A stretch of DNA of 63,981 nucleotides, filler included, from Lenisia limosa (GCA_001655205.1; 22 parts of 22 records of this genome joined end to end with filler, not necessarily neighbours in it), one strand, 5' to 3'. Positions 35,540 through 49,561 are shown, counted from the first letter of the whole stretch. Made by a program: numbers and translations. The notes: generated by a model from the letters alone, not told the origin.

Positions 35540-37293
35540 GGCGTTTGCGACCCTAAATGACCTGCATTCGCACATCCACGAGCACCTCCCGGAGTCATGG
35601 CCTGGAAAAAAGAAACCAAACTTCACAGATCTGATGGATAACTGTGGGGAAGGTCATTATTTTCTGTTTTTTTTTTAATAAACAAGCATATTGTGCCTCG
35701 CATCAGTTCCAACTTCTTCATAGTTTGATATCATGTGTATATTAAACCGCCACCGTTTTTCACCTGAGCAGATACAGCTGATGATGAAACTGCTGAATTC
35801 CTTGAAAGCTCTGAAGCCAAGAACGCCCTTCAACAGTTCTTAACACCGGGTTCGTTTTTCGCCTCCCCGCTGGAGTGATGTGGTGCATATTTCTCAAATA
35901 TTTGACCAACAAAGTTGATTTTGGTTTTTTTTTTTTTTTTTTTTTNNNNNNNNNNNNNNNNNNNNNNNNNNNNNNNNNNNNNNNNNNNNNNNNNNNNNNN
36001 NNNNNNNNNNNNNNNNNNNNNNNNNNNNNNNNNNNNNGTCCCAGAAGCCAGCGAAAAGGCCAAAAATGGAAAGCTCGATTACCAATGCTACCGTTTCAGG
36101 TAATCTTCTACCTCCTCCTCCCCACACAACCTATTTGTACTTCTTCTTCAGAAATGTTAAGCCACAAGACAATCTTGTTTTTTATTACAGCAGTATGTTC
36201 TTGATTTTTATTAGTTCTTGATTATTTTACAGAATATATCAAAATTACTGTTCTGGGAATTTTGTTTGCCAAGGATACTTTTTTTTTTTTCGTGGTTTTT
36301 GTTTTTATAAATGGACTGGGCTTTTTGTTTTTGTTTCNNNNNNNNNNNNNNNNNNNNNNNNNNNNNNNNNNNNNNNNNNNNNNNNNNNNNNNNNNNNNNN
36401 NNNNNNNNNNNNNNNNNNNNNNNNNNNNNNNNNNNNNNNNNNNNNNNNNNNNNNNNNNNNNNNNNNNNNNNNNNNNNNNNNNNNNNNNNNNNNNNNNNNN
36501 NNNNNNNNNNNNNNNNNNNNNNNNNNNNNNNNNNNNNNNNNNNNNNNNNNNNNNNNNNNNNNNNNNNNNNNNNNNNNNNNNNNNNNNNNNNNNNNNNNTT
36601 ACGCCAATATTCTTCATCGATATTTCCTTCGTTTTACTATTCTTCATCGAAATTTCAGGTACTGCAGAAGCGATTTGCCTGGCTTTGTTTTTTTTGTTGT
36701 TATTAACCCTTGTGTCAGCCAACAGAGTTGNNNNNNNNNNNNNNNNNNNNNNNNNNNNNNNNNNNNNNNNNNNNNNNNNNNNNNNNNNNNNNNNNNNNNN
36801 NNNNNNNNNNNNNNNNTATTGGTATTAGCGGCCCGGGTCCAATTAGAGTGGAACCGGTCAACACCGTTGAGGGAGAAGACGGCAGTTTATCGAGACTCAG
36901 AAGCCAGGTGGGGGGGGGGGTATTGTTGTTAGGGCTTCACTTCGGTTCGGAAAAAAGATTGATTTTTTCGATAAATCCTCGAAAACTAGCAGACTCTTTC
37001 GAACCGATGTGAAACCCTAATTGTTTTGCTGCTTTCTTGACTTTTTTACTCTTAAGGTTTTCAAGTCCTCCAGTGTTTCCCACGTGCTCAATCTGGCACC
37101 CCTCATCATACCGTCGGAACCTTCAGATCAAGCTTCGGACTTCCGAATCTCACAACCCGAACAGATCATGTCTGTCAGCAGCTCAACTTACCCGCATTTA
37201 CCGGAACCTGAAAGCCCGCCGCCGCTTATGACGGAACAATGCCCCCCTAGTCCAAACTCCGAGCCTTTACGATTAAGGGCGTCCTCTGTGTGA
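35540..37293 (+). CDS. Hypothetical multi-exon protein, 3' part
   Basis: Exons AFATLNDLHSHIHEHLPESWPGKKKPNF, DTADDETAEFLESSEAKNALQQFL and SQKPAKRPKMESS, then a Pro/Ser-rich terminal exon ending in TGA at 37293. The introns carry families A, C and F. Confidence 0.5.
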
Positions 37294-37659
37294 TCAAGGC
37301 AGGTCATTACGAGTGGAACCCCTTATTGTCTTTCATTGTTTGTGTAAATACGCTCCTAGTTGATAGTTACTAGACTGTCTGATTGTATTTTTGATATTAT
37401 GGATTGTGATATTTATTTATTTTAATAAGGGATACAACCTTCCACGTAAAGCAAAAACATTGTAAAACACCAATCACTAGAGTTGATGGAAATGCGTAGT
37501 TGTTTTCCACAATCCTTTGCATCATTCCATTCCGGTTCCATTCCACCTGCCCTTCGAACACGCCTCGATTATATTCAATGATACCTAAAAAAAAAAACTA
37601 AAAAAAGCTGAGCAACAAAAAAATCTACTCCTCATCACTTGATTGCATCGCTCTCCTCC

Positions 37660-39100
37660 GGCTCCTGAGACAATACATGGCCAAGAAGACATCTGGCTTT
37701 CCATCCACTTCCTTCAAGCTACGCTAGTTACACTAATCATGCAAAACGGTAGAAAAAAACAGTGAGAAGCTCAATTATCGAAAATTTCATGTTTTTATTC
37801 CCGAATACTGTCTGTATTCTGACAAGATGTCAGCGATTTCAACTTCGTTAGTCACCTCCGGCGACGCCTTCGTTGGAAACGTTAGAAAACGAAACTCAGC
37901 TGAACTAGGTCCGCTGTTCGCAAGGGGCAGCATACGGCCTCTTCTGGCTTCCACTGAATTTCCGGGAAGATTTATGGTATTGGCCTTGGTAGGAGGCGGC
38001 AAGAATGCTGTGCTGTGCGGGGTAAATCAATCTTTTTCCTGTGTAAATTGCTTGAACAATCTGAACACAATGCCAATAATTCTCCAAAAAACCTCCAATG
38101 TCTTTACTTGAAGGTGCATGCAAAAAATATCAATAATATTGTAGTACACTCACACATAATTTGGAGTTTTGTCATAAAGAGAGCTGTCACTCTTTTCAAT
38201 GATCAAGAAAACGCATTAAACTAAATCCATACGATCAATATTTAGCTAAGAAGATATCAAGTCTATTGGCTTTAATAAAGGTCACGGAATTAATGATTGA
38301 ACCGCCTACTCATCGTCTTCTGACGGGGTGAGGTAAACCTCTATCCTCCTGATATTGACTCCTTCTTCCAACATATCGTCTACGCCATTGAACTTAGTCC
38401 CTGTGATTGTAATGTTCTTCTCATTAAGAACACCTTTGAGAGATGGATGGGAATACGGCTAAAGTATTAGTCAAGTCAATGTTTTCCGCTTTCAAAACTG
38501 TGTTCAAAGAATATTGGAAAATGGCAGATATATTAAACCAAAATTTTTGTCCAAAGAAATCATCGAATTTGAACTGTTGGAAAAGGTAATTGAAAAAGGC
38601 CCCTCTTCTCTCTTCCACTCACATGAATAGAGCTCTGCTTCTCAAAGGGACGTTTTTTTAAGTGCGGATTCTTTCGCATAAGAACTGCCAACTCGTTCCC
38701 ACTTTCTAGTATATTATCATCTTGAAAGAATATCAGACTACAAATGAGCCCATAAAACAGTAAAGTATAGTTAAAAAANNNNNNNNNNNNNNNNNNNNNN
38801 NNNNNNNNNNNNNNNNNNNNNNNNNNNNNNNNNNNNNNNNNNNNNNNNNNNNNNNNNNNNNNNNNTCTCGATAAATCCCCGAATAATATCGACATTTCCC
38901 CGTCTTTTGGAACCGAAGGGAAACACTACTCTCAGCTTGTGGCTCTATTTGGTCATCACCACCAACCAAGCTCTTCCATCAAATGGCGATCTTGTCGAAT
39001 GTTATGGGTGAGTCCCCCATTTTCATAAGGGATATCATCATAATCCGTATGAACCAGAAGATTTTTGATCAAATGACCTCCTCTCAGCCATTTCTCTGAA
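37660..39100 (-). CDS. Hypothetical multi-exon protein
   Basis: Open segments with GT-AG ends, for example DDNILESGNELAVLMRKNPHLKKRPFEKQSSIH, VLKAENIDLTNTLAVFPSISQ and NEKNITITGTKFNGVDDMLEEGVNIRRIEVY. No family recognised. Confidence 0.45.
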
Positions 39101-39620
39101 TAGTTAAAAAAGAAGGAGTTGTGCAACAAGTTTTACAGTCAAAATATGGAAATCAGATAAGATAAGAGAACTAAAAGTTGCTGCCGCCCCACTAATCCGC
39201 CGTGGGGCATGAGATTTCTTCGGCATTGCAATAGAAAAACAATCCCTATTAACTCCAAAAAGTGCATCATTTAAAAATAATTTTCTGTTTAAATAGCTTG
39301 AAATCTGAAAAGTCTGTTTTTTCTGAGAAAAAAAACTAGATTCGTATTGTGGTAAAACTGAGATTTTGAAGGTGAAATCAGTCTTAAAACATAGTAACAA
39401 TAACCCTAACCAACAATTTTTAGCGAGTACACCATTCTGATTCAGACAATTTTGCATGAAAATGAAAACAGGCTTTTAAGGGATTACTTTTGATTACGAA
39501 ATTGACTAAAAAATATTTTTGAAAAGAGACATATTTCATGACAACAAGACCTAAATCATTGTATTATTGAGATAAAAAAAAAATCCTTTCAGAGGAGAGA
39601 AAAGACGAAGGTACCTTAAG

Positions 39621-41370
39621 ATGGTTAGGAGGAAAAGAAAGGACAAAAAGTCCTACGAACCCGCCCCTCACAGCGTTGCTGACCTCCCTCAAGGCTTGAA
39701 TGATACTGAATCATCGTCTGCTGCGGTGCATGGTGGCGCAAATAACTATCCTGGCCCTTACGACGAAGCTGTGGAACTTGCTCTGAGAGCACACCAACTG
39801 AGAGTGGGTATCTTGTGATTAATTGCATGTTGTGCTTCTATGATATGAGTATGGTGATTTTTTATTTTGGGAGTGGAGTGATGGAGAGATTGTTTTGTTT
39901 TTTTCTTTCGATTTTTTCTTTTTTATTGTGAAGATATGTGAAGATTACATTAGTACACTTATTTTCTTCAAGTTTAAACTCCTTTGTTTACTTTTACAAT
40001 TAAAACCTTGGTCAACGCAGCATATTAAGTCTGTCATTATTTAAAAGGCAGTCTCAACTTCCCAACCCTCATCCTTGGCAGGTAGCAGTCAAATCCGCTG
40101 CCATTGACCAGCTGGCCTTACGCAAACGCGAGGTGCATCGAGCGCTTCAACACTGTAATGACAAGTTGGCGATTCTCGACGAGTATGACAAGAAGGTGGG
40201 TGGCTGGGCGGAAGAACTACATATATCACTTGGGCATAATCATACTTTTTTTTTTTGATCATTTTTTATTCAACTGCCGGATCTTCATGATCCTAGTTTC
40301 AGTAGAGACTTCATTGTAAAAAAATTATTCCCAAAGGTTCGATCCCTCCAAGCTGAACGAAGGAAAACTCGCAATCCTGACGGCTCCATAGACGACATAA
40401 CTTCGCCAGAGTTCTCGGAACTTTCAAGCGTGAGAGGGAAGGATGGGATATGGTGTTACCGCTCAACAGTGAAGGCTCAAAATTGGGAAATGTAATCAGC
40501 CGGCCTGGGTTTTGGTTCTTGTTTTGTTTCTCAAATCTTGTAGTATTATGTTTCAGTAGATTTGGTTTTTCCATTTACCTTCTCCCCTTACATATTTCAG
40601 CCCCCTCCGCCAAATTTCCATTCCTTCCCAGTTCTTTTTCTTTTCTTCTTTCTTCTTTCTCCCTCTCCTTCTTGGGTTTGTAACAACAACTTGATATTTG
40701 TGTGTTATTGTGGGACTTTCCGTTGATTTTGTTCATCACCCAACGTAACTTTTGTTTATTAATTCAAAAACAGTATTTTACTCCCCCTCCAGCTTCTCGA
40801 GATGCGCAACCGCACACGTGACGAGCGCGCCATTACTGAGGCCACCCAACGTCGTCTCAGCTCCGAGGCCCGCGTGATTGACAGACATGCCACGCGACTG
40901 GTGGAGCTCGTGGCCACGGACCAACGAACACTGACTCAGGAGATGGTGAGAGGCTTGGTGGAATGAAATGGCGACAGGATTGGTTTGTGCAATGAACTGA
41001 CGGAGGCTTGGGTTGTGGAGAGATTAGATGAAGGGGAGGGATTCTTTGATGATGGAGTTTTGGACAGTGTGAACGGAGCATGTTGCTGTTTTGGAGCTTC
41101 AAATCGTCATTATATTGACATTGATAACCATGTCTAGAAAACGCCGCCCACAAACCTCACCCTCCATCGTCACCTTGTTGATGAAACGATTTCCCTCCTC
41201 AATGTTGGTTTGGAGACGAATGGAGTCTGTTTTTTTAATTGTTTAGCGACATACAAGTCTCTTCTTTCACTTATTCGTTTTATTTGTTTAATATGCAAAC
41301 AGGTTCGTATACACCAATACTCTGAAGCTCTGGACCGCCACCTTGCCACCCTCTCCACACTTCAAGTAGG
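39621..41370 (+). CDS. Coiled-coil protein, multi-exon
   Basis: ATG at 39621 gives MVRRKRKDKKSY..., followed by exons VAVKSAAIDQLALRKREVHRALQHCNDKLAILDEYDKK, LLEMRNRTRDERAITEATQRRLSSEARVIDRHATRLVELVATDQRTLTQEM and VRIHQYSEALDRHLATLSTLQ. All have phase-0 GT-AG ends and a heptad-like composition. Confidence 0.65.
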
Positions 41371-42097
41371 GCTTCTAATTTGAACACTATCATGTCATCA
41401 GATGATTCAACATTTGTAACGCAAAGCATATGAGATAGTACATATCGTTATATTCATTTCTCATTTCTAAATATGTCCCAAGACACATGCGATTGTCAGT
41501 ATAGTATTTCTGAATTTTCCCTACAACTTTTCCTGATTTGCGTAGAAATTTGTCTGGGAACAACTAAGGTTTTCTCGTTTGTATATTTTTATGAATTAAT
41601 GAATATCTCCTAACCATTCAGAGTGAAGCCAATCGTATTACTGCTTCAAATCTGTCATCATCTTCTGCTGCACGATTGCACACTGCGGTGAGCATACTGA
41701 CTGCTTTTTTTTTTTTTGCGAATATTGATAATAATGGCTTCATTCGCCCATAGCAACTTTTATGTTGAAGTCTGACCATATCAGGTTGAAGCACACGTGG
41801 CATATCTCTGCGGACCTACTGAGGCATGGGCTAGCGAACTACAGGTGCGGATTGGATTACCTAATAATGTGGTGGTGATTGGATTGATCAACCAGAAACA
41901 AATTTACGTGATATCTGAGTGGCGTATCTAAATTCGAGAGAAATTCATTTTTATGTACTTTCAAATATGGCCTCAAGCCCCAAATACTGGGACCATGGCA
42001 ATTATTCTTCTGTTTTTCACAATTCCAATAACCTACAGGACCAACAAATAATGGTATGGACGGCTTTGGCCAGGGAACCTTTTTTTTTTATTTCTCA

Positions 42098-42175
42098 TTG
42101 TTATAAATATGTGGCTATTTCTCATTGCTATAAATGTGGTGGCTATTTCTCATTGCTATAAATATGGTGGCTATT
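42098..42175. repeat. About 28-bp tandem repeat x3
   Basis: Unit GGCTATTTCTCATTGCTATAAAT(A)TG(G)T repeated three times. Confidence 0.85.
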
Positions 42176-42712
42176 ATTAATGTTTTTCTTTCATTATCAT
42201 TCTGTGATAGTGATAAAGTAGTGAAGGAATGTGATTGAATGAGGTTGAAAGGGACCATCCTCATTAGTAACGTAACCAAATCCAGTTATTGAAAGAAGAA
42301 CGCCAGGGTCTCATGGCTCTTGTAGATTCACTACCCCAGGTTTGAGGACATATCATATCATATTCATATATGCAAAGTGACCGCGATAAGTCCTAACACG
42401 ATTGACTATAGATAAAACCTATATTTGTGTCTTTCGACATGCCTCCGGATCAAGCTACTTCCTTCTGTGAAGTTGACAGTACAGTCAATTCATGTTTGCG
42501 TATTAATGAATAATGTGCTTGTTTACTTCTCCAGCAAAGCCCGTCAGATAGTAGAGAAGCGGTCCCTGTAACATCGTAATGTATTGATTCAACTCCAACG
42601 CTGGTGCTATTAACTCTCTTTATGGATACTAACCAGAGACAATATCGTGAAACGCTGCGAGGAACTGGGAATATAATAAGCTACTACATAAACATCAAAA
42701 CTGAAGGATAAA

Positions 42713-44280
42713 TTAAGCGGAAAAAAGTGGTGTTAGTTGGTGGAGCCTCATGTATTCGGTCACCTGAGAGTGAGTCAAACAAAGTAAGGATTGATGCAAT
42801 AACAGGTAGAGTAGTAGTTATCAGGTTGTAAAACCATATTAGATATCACCCACATCCATATCCACCATCAAGGATGAGAAAGAATCCCCCCGAGTCCTCC
42901 CACCTGTTCTGGCATTTCCTCGAAGACGTCACCAAGAATTCGAAGTGCATGGCTGTTCTTGTGCGACCCCATCTCAACAACCTGGATGTGGTGGGGGGGG
43001 GGGTAAAATTAGGAATTTATGAAANNNNNNNNNNNNNNNNNNNNNNNNNNNNNNNNNNNNNNNNNNNNNNNNNNNNNNNNNNNNNNNNNNNNNNNNNNNN
43101 NNNNNNNNNNNNNNNNNGTCGCTTCTGCCCTTCAGTCCGGGGGGTAAAGCGATGATGCTTCTTAATCATCTACAATGACTATTTTTACTCAAGATATTGC
43201 GAGAGAGGGATTAGCAACACCTCCCAACCTGGACGATGTCTCTAATAGCCTTCCTTCCCATGGCCTCAACAACAGTGCCATCAGCGTCCAAAGACGATAA
43301 GCACCCATTAACGTCTTCTCCAAGGGACACAAATATCACCTACGGAGTTATACCGAAGAACTATAAGAGCAAATTGAGAATGCATCAAAAGGGGGTTACT
43401 GTTTCAAGTTCAACATCGTTGAAACAATACTATTATAATGCCACTGATTAGAGCCATCAGCAACATATTTAGAAGGGAACATTGATAATAGTATGGGATT
43501 GTGTTGGTGCGCGGTACTTCAAGTAGGCACTCACCGAGATTGGTTTCTCCGAAGCGTTGATGATGGCTTGTTGCGCCAACTCGAAATCATCTACTCTGGA
43601 AATGTCAGATGTTACGCCTTGAGATTGGTTTCTTTTCAAGAAAATAGTAAATCTAGGAAACATAGAATATATAGGGTTACTATAACAAGTTACCATATAA
43701 ATATGACGGAGTGAGAAACGTATCCAAAAACATCATATCTCATTGAGCAATGATAATCTGGTTAAATTCGAGTTCTGGAACAGGCAAGGACAGCCACTTT
43801 GGACATATTCAAAGCCACCCACTCTCCGGCAGTGAACACCAGAAGGATGTCGTACACTTGTTCTTCCTGCGTGCAGTCTGTGAGGTTTCCGGAGGCATGC
43901 GCAATAACCTGGGGAATAAGCTATAGACTGGGGATGATTGTGATGAATTGCTTGTAGAAAGGTATGCGAGTGGGTATCAAGTGTAAGGGATTGTTTGCCA
44001 TTTTTTTAAACATTCAAGCTTTTGGACATTTTCAACAGGTCTCCTTTCTACCTATGCTTCCTCAATTTTTCGACTTTTTGTGGCCATTTAAAATAAATGT
44101 TTTAAAATTAGGCGTTGAGAGATTTAAGCAAGAGAAGAAAAAAAAAAAAAGCTGGGATTTTCTTACTCTTGGGGTACCCATCTCCTTTGGTCTCATACCG
44201 GTGCGAATTCAGCCTTAGCGCCAGTCACGCCAGAGTCAAGCATCTTGGTGTAGGGCTGGATGATGTCTGCAGCCTGGGTG
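42713..44280 (-). CDS. Copine (C2-vWA family), vWA/C-terminal exons
   Basis: Spliced VTQAADIIQPYTKMLDSGVTGAKAEFAP, TQEEQVYDILLVFTAGE, VDDFELAQQAIINASEKPIS, VIFVSLGEDVNGCLSSLDADGTVVEAMGRKAIRDIVQ and ALRILGDVFEEMPEQ|VTEYMRLHQLTPLFSA* match the copine motifs PT.FAP, Y.VLLIITDG, AIV.AS..P.S, RDIVQF and E.P.Q..Y. Stop TAA at 42713-42715. Confidence 0.85.
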
Positions 44281-45929
44281 ACCTGGGAGGGGTAATTAGG
44301 CTAAAAAAAAAGGGGTAATTACTTGGGCTTCACTTCGGTTCAAAAAAAGACTGAATTTCTCTNNNNNNNNNNNNNNNNNNNNNNNNNNNNNNNNNNNNNN
44401 NNNNNNTTAATTAATTAANNNNNNNNNNNNNNNNNNNNNNNNNNNNNNNNNNNNNNNNNNNNATAGCCAGCCCGGGCAACTCGATAAATATGTTATTCTG
44501 ACGGTCTTTTTACAGACCGTAGGTATAATAGGCACATCAACATATAATTACTATGAAGGGAAATTTATAATTTTCTTCAGATTTCTATAGAATACTGTAA
44601 GGGTTCACATGTAACTAATGGGAATTCCAACTTCTTCAAAAGAATTCCAAGTCAATGTGATGTAGGTTAACAACACCACGACGCAGCTTGCATTCGTGCC
44701 AATATTTTACTCAGGATTTAGGGGGAAGTGACCATCGGCAACCCAGTCCAGCCCTAAGACAGCCCGTTACTACTACGTTGGCGCTCCCGTCGTTCTCAGG
44801 TCGAGGCGTCTTCTCTAAAGGTTGGCACACTCATAATTTTTTTTATTTGGGTGTGATTATACTTTCGAGTTGAAAATGGTGGATGTATTTATCGAGTGTA
44901 TCAGAGTATCATTGAAACTTGTCAGTCAATTATCACACGAGTGAATATGAGGTATCATATCACTGCGTGGAAAATGAAAGTTATCCTTAACCCCATCTGA
45001 GTATCCTTTTTCTCATGTGTTGCCACACAACAGAATTGATTTTGTTTTTGTTTTTTTTTTTTTTTGTTTCATACATAATCCACTTTTACTCATCAGACAT
45101 ACCAACCACGGCTCCTACTGGGAGTACGGATCCCCTTCCAATGCCGTGCCCTATGCGGCCGCCCTCACTCTACTTCGCCGTCACTGTTGATGAAGTGAGG
45201 GTTTGGTGATTGTGAGGAGTAGGGCTTCCCTACGGTCCCAAAAAAGACCGAATCTCCCGAAAATCCACGATGAATATCGATATTTAAACGGTCTTTTTCG
45301 GACCGCTGGGAAGCTCTTGTGAAGAGAGTGACGGGCACATTGACTATCTCTCATTTTGATAGTTCGCAGTACCCACTACCATATTCAGCATAACCCACTT
45401 ACCCTTGGCCTCTTGTACTTCAATCTTATAGGTGCATATCATCCATTTGTGTGATGGTGGGACCTGGTTTGATTATTTGTTCTCAGCCCACAATCATAAC
45501 AGTGTCTTGACCGATTTGCAATGTGATTTCCCAAAGTAAATCGGTCAAGACTTATCCCAGTCACTGTCTATATGATATTTTTTAATAACCATCTATCCTC
45601 ACCTCCCCAGGTAGAAGACGGGTGGGTCATGCTTCCTGCTGTGGTAGTGTGGGCTCAAGAAGTCCAATACTCGCAACAGGTCATGACCTTCATTGCCTCT
45701 CCTCGACCCACTGAACCAGTTTGGGGGGACCCGAAACGACTGGATATGTAATAAATTTCTTTTTGTCTTTTTTTCACGAGTGGGATGCGGTTTGTTTGTT
45801 TTGTTTTTTTCAACCCTCGGGTGTTNNNNNNNNNNNNNNNNNNNNNNNNNNNNNNNNNNNNNNNNNNNNTTAATTAATTAANNNNNNNNNNNNNNNNNNN
45901 NNNNNNNNNNNNNNNNNNNNNNNNNGTAG

Positions 45930-46860
45930 TTACATTAATCCCTGGCTTCCTGGCAGCGTTGTTCCAGGGTTGGCCTGGAGGAGTGATAGGGATAGTAGGG
46001 GGCTTGTCTAAAAATGGGGTGGCTCTATGAAAAAATGTCTGTAGTTGCAAAATTAACCTTTTATTTTTAATTTTGTTAAAATACCATTTTTATCACTTTG
46101 TATTTTTTAACAACAGACGGTAAAATTGAAAAATTAATGAATCAGAAAAGCCCAAATCCACACTGTTGGCTAAGCTTAGGGAAATACACAAGAGTTGAAA
46201 ACAACAAAACTAACAAAGCCCAGTAGTGACTGTAAATCCCCCAACCACGAGGGGGAAGTCTTGCTACACCCACTGCAATGGTGATATTATAACTAGCCCA
46301 AAATAGAATGACTTCCTCGAAAATTTCTCGATAAATATCGATATTTTAGCGGTCTTTTTCGGACCGTAGCTAAGCCCTAATGATACTCCCAATAAACAAG
46401 TGGTACGGTTAATTTCATACACGTGGATATGAGCAAGAAAACGACCCAAACGATACCCGGTACACGCCGGGTAAGGCTTCACTTCAGTTCGAAAAAGACT
46501 GGTAAAATATCGATAGTTTTCGAAGATTTATCATAAAATGCAGTCTTTTTTTCGAACTGAAGTAAAGCCCTAACGTCGGTTAAAGAAACAGATCCGTTGA
46601 AAAGATCCAGAGGTGATCTGGGCACCAAAAGGTAAACATTACCCCGCTTCCCCCAACCATGAGGGGGCAGCCTTGTCACTCCCATGACACTGGTAATATT
46701 TGGGTGTCGGAGAGCTGTCAGGGTCTTGAGATGGGACTGCGGAGTGTGACCGAAGCTTTCTATCAGTGGCAAAACCGCTACGGAAGTCGAGGACGGTACA
46801 TGCATTAGCACTAGTGGTATATTAGAACGGTGGGAAGACAATGCAACAACTCAGGTATTT
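45930..46860 (-). CDS. Protein kinase-like (possibly pseudokinase) gene fragment
   Basis: LKTLTALRHPNITSVMGV...VYLLVPRSPLDLF (subdomains IV-V), GRFLAHIH (VIa) and RPTLEQ (XI) in order. No HRD or DFG motif seen. Further upstream exons at about 47000-49000 probably belong to the same gene. Confidence 0.55.
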
Positions 46861-49561
46861 TAATAAACCAGATACTTTTTTAATATGATAAAATTAAATA
46901 TATTATACATACATAGATCTTCATTTCGGTTCATAAAAAGACTGAAAATCTCGATAAATCCTCGAAAACTATCGATATGCAAACCAAAGGATACCCCCCC
47001 ACCAGGCTGGCACGTGATCTGCATCGGACACACCCCGGAGTGAATACAGTTTATGCAGATTCTCTGGGCCTTGGACGCCACGGGCGAGACTCGACTAAGG
47101 CGGCGGGGAGTAAAATTGGAAAATTTATGAAAAAAAGCCCAAATCACTGATTTTGGTAAAAGGGATAAAGGGGGTGAGTATACATATACTAAGGCCTGCG
47201 TGATTATTATTTACTGTGATAAAAGCAGTTGTTTTGCAAGCTTTTATGCATAATACAAAATCTTCTTTAAATTCAAGGAAAAAGCAGTTAAAAGTTACCA
47301 AAAAGAGAGGGAAAATATTGATATTTATTAAGAAAATATCAAAATTTCAATTTTGTTTTCAAAGTGAATCCGTGATTGTAACAATAACAATACCTATGCG
47401 GGGAAGTGGCCAAAGGAGGCGAGCGCGAAGCACTGAGAGCCCCGGGCCTGAGAGAGTCCATGCGGCTTGNNNNNNNNNNNNNNNNNNNNNNNNNNNNNNN
47501 NNNNNNNNNNNNNNNNNNNNNNNNNNNNNNNNNNNNNNNNNNNNNNNNNNNNNNNNNNNNNNNNNNNNNNNNNNNNNNNNNNNNNNNNNNNNNNNNNNNN
47601 NNNNNNNNNNNNNNNNNNNNNNNNNNNNNNNNNNNNNNTCTTACTGGCCCTCTCACGCAATTGTGGGGACGTCATCGCTAGCTACACTCGCCCTAAAAGA
47701 GTAAGTAAGGAGGAGGAGGGGAGGAAACAAGGAGAAGGAAGGGGTAAACAGAAGGGACGCGGGGAGTCCTCCACTTATCCCCTCATAACCATACCACTCT
47801 CACTCACTCACCACAACCCCATAATATCACATCATCACATCCATGCTTATCCAACCATAATTCCTAAGAGTCTACATCCTGCTAAACATAAATATGAAAA
47901 CAAATCACCCCCCCCCCACTCGCTAGCAGAAAGCTTCAAGGTGGCAGTGGAGAGGCTCAAGCAGCCTGGGTGGACAAAGTAGGCTTGGTCTTCAGGCTGG
48001 ATGGAGGGAATAAACATTTATGAAACAAAAAAAGCCCAAAATCAACTCTGTTGGCTGCCAACACACGAGGGTTGATCACAAAAAACAAACCAATCAAATC
48101 CCAGGCCAGTCGCTTCTGCAACACCGCATCCCATAGCCCAAAATCAAATCCCAGGCCAGTCGCTTCTGCACACCCCATGCCAAAATCAAATCTGTTGGCT
48201 GACAACACACGAGAGTTGAAAGGCCAGGCTGGTCGCTTGTTATAATTGTACACATTACTCATCACCTTGCAAATATACAAATATATAATTATATATATAG
48301 TATATAGTATACTGTATATATACAGTTGTATACATGTATATAATATATATATATGATATCTATACAGTATTATATAAAAAACACAAAACCACACTAAACC
48401 ACCCATGAAAAGACAAGCTCTACCCCCCGCACCACGACAATATTGATAACCGCCGGGTCCTGGGTCATAGACCACACCATCACGGTCGAACTCAAATCGT
48501 CGATTAGAAGGTCCAGGCCGGGAACATTGTTGGCCTTTGTTTTGGGCGATGTCACGACTAGGACTGCTTCAAGACCTGGGGGGGAATAAAATTGGGATTT
48601 TCACGTCAAAAAAAGCCCAAAAGCAGCCCTGGTGGGAAGAGATAAAAAATAAGGTTGTATTTTGGGGGTTTTTGTTTGATACTCTGTGTTTGTGGCGGTT
48701 GGAAAGGGGAGATTTCGATAAAGAATATTGGCGTAAAGGTACCAATCATGAACCGAGTAATTTAAAACTCCAACCAAAACAATATCAAAAACAAGCAGTA
48801 ACAAACACGTGCAACCAACGCTAAAACTTGACTAGATTAGATCAACACCCCACCCCCCACCCTGAGCTAACAGACTTGCAGACTGATTTCCTGGGTAGAG
48901 GNNNNNNNNNNNNNNNNNNNNNNNNNNNNNNNNNNNNNNNNNNNNNNNNNNNNNNNNNNNNNNNNNTGTGACCACCATGGCAATAATCTGGGGGCGGGGG
49001 GTAAAATTGGACAATTTATGAAATAAAAAAAGCCCGAAATTAACTCTGTTGACTGATAAGAAACGAGGGTAAAACTAGACAAAGACCAGATGACACAAAC
49101 TCCAGCGGCGGGAGGTAAATAAGGCTATCACCAACCACACACACATATACATAACAGAGACTGGGAAAAGTCTTGTCCGATTTACGATGTGATTTCCAAA
49201 GAAAATAGCCAAGACTTATCGCGGTCACTGTATCACTGTATCAATGAAATGAATATATTGTTTATATTACCCCGTTGCTGCACCCCCCCCCCCCCCNNNN
49301 NNNNNNNNNNNNNNNNNNNNNNNNNNNNNNNNNNNNNNNNTTAATTAATTAANNNNNNNNNNNNNNNNNNNNNNNNNNNNNNNNNNNNNNNNNNNNGGGT
49401 TTTTTTGCAACTTTTTTTTTTTTTGAGTGATGGGTGTTCCGTAGTTTTGTTTTTGATATGAAGTAATGCATCAAATTGTGACTTTGTTAGGAAAATCAAA
49501 TAGCAATTTTTATTATTACCACCAGTATCATCACCATCATTATCATCTTGTAATAATACCT

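Noticed and set aside
39621-41370. Tektin/CCDC105 identity for the coiled-coil gene
   Set aside because: Only generic heptad character is visible, and no tektin signature (RPNVELCRD-like) was seen.
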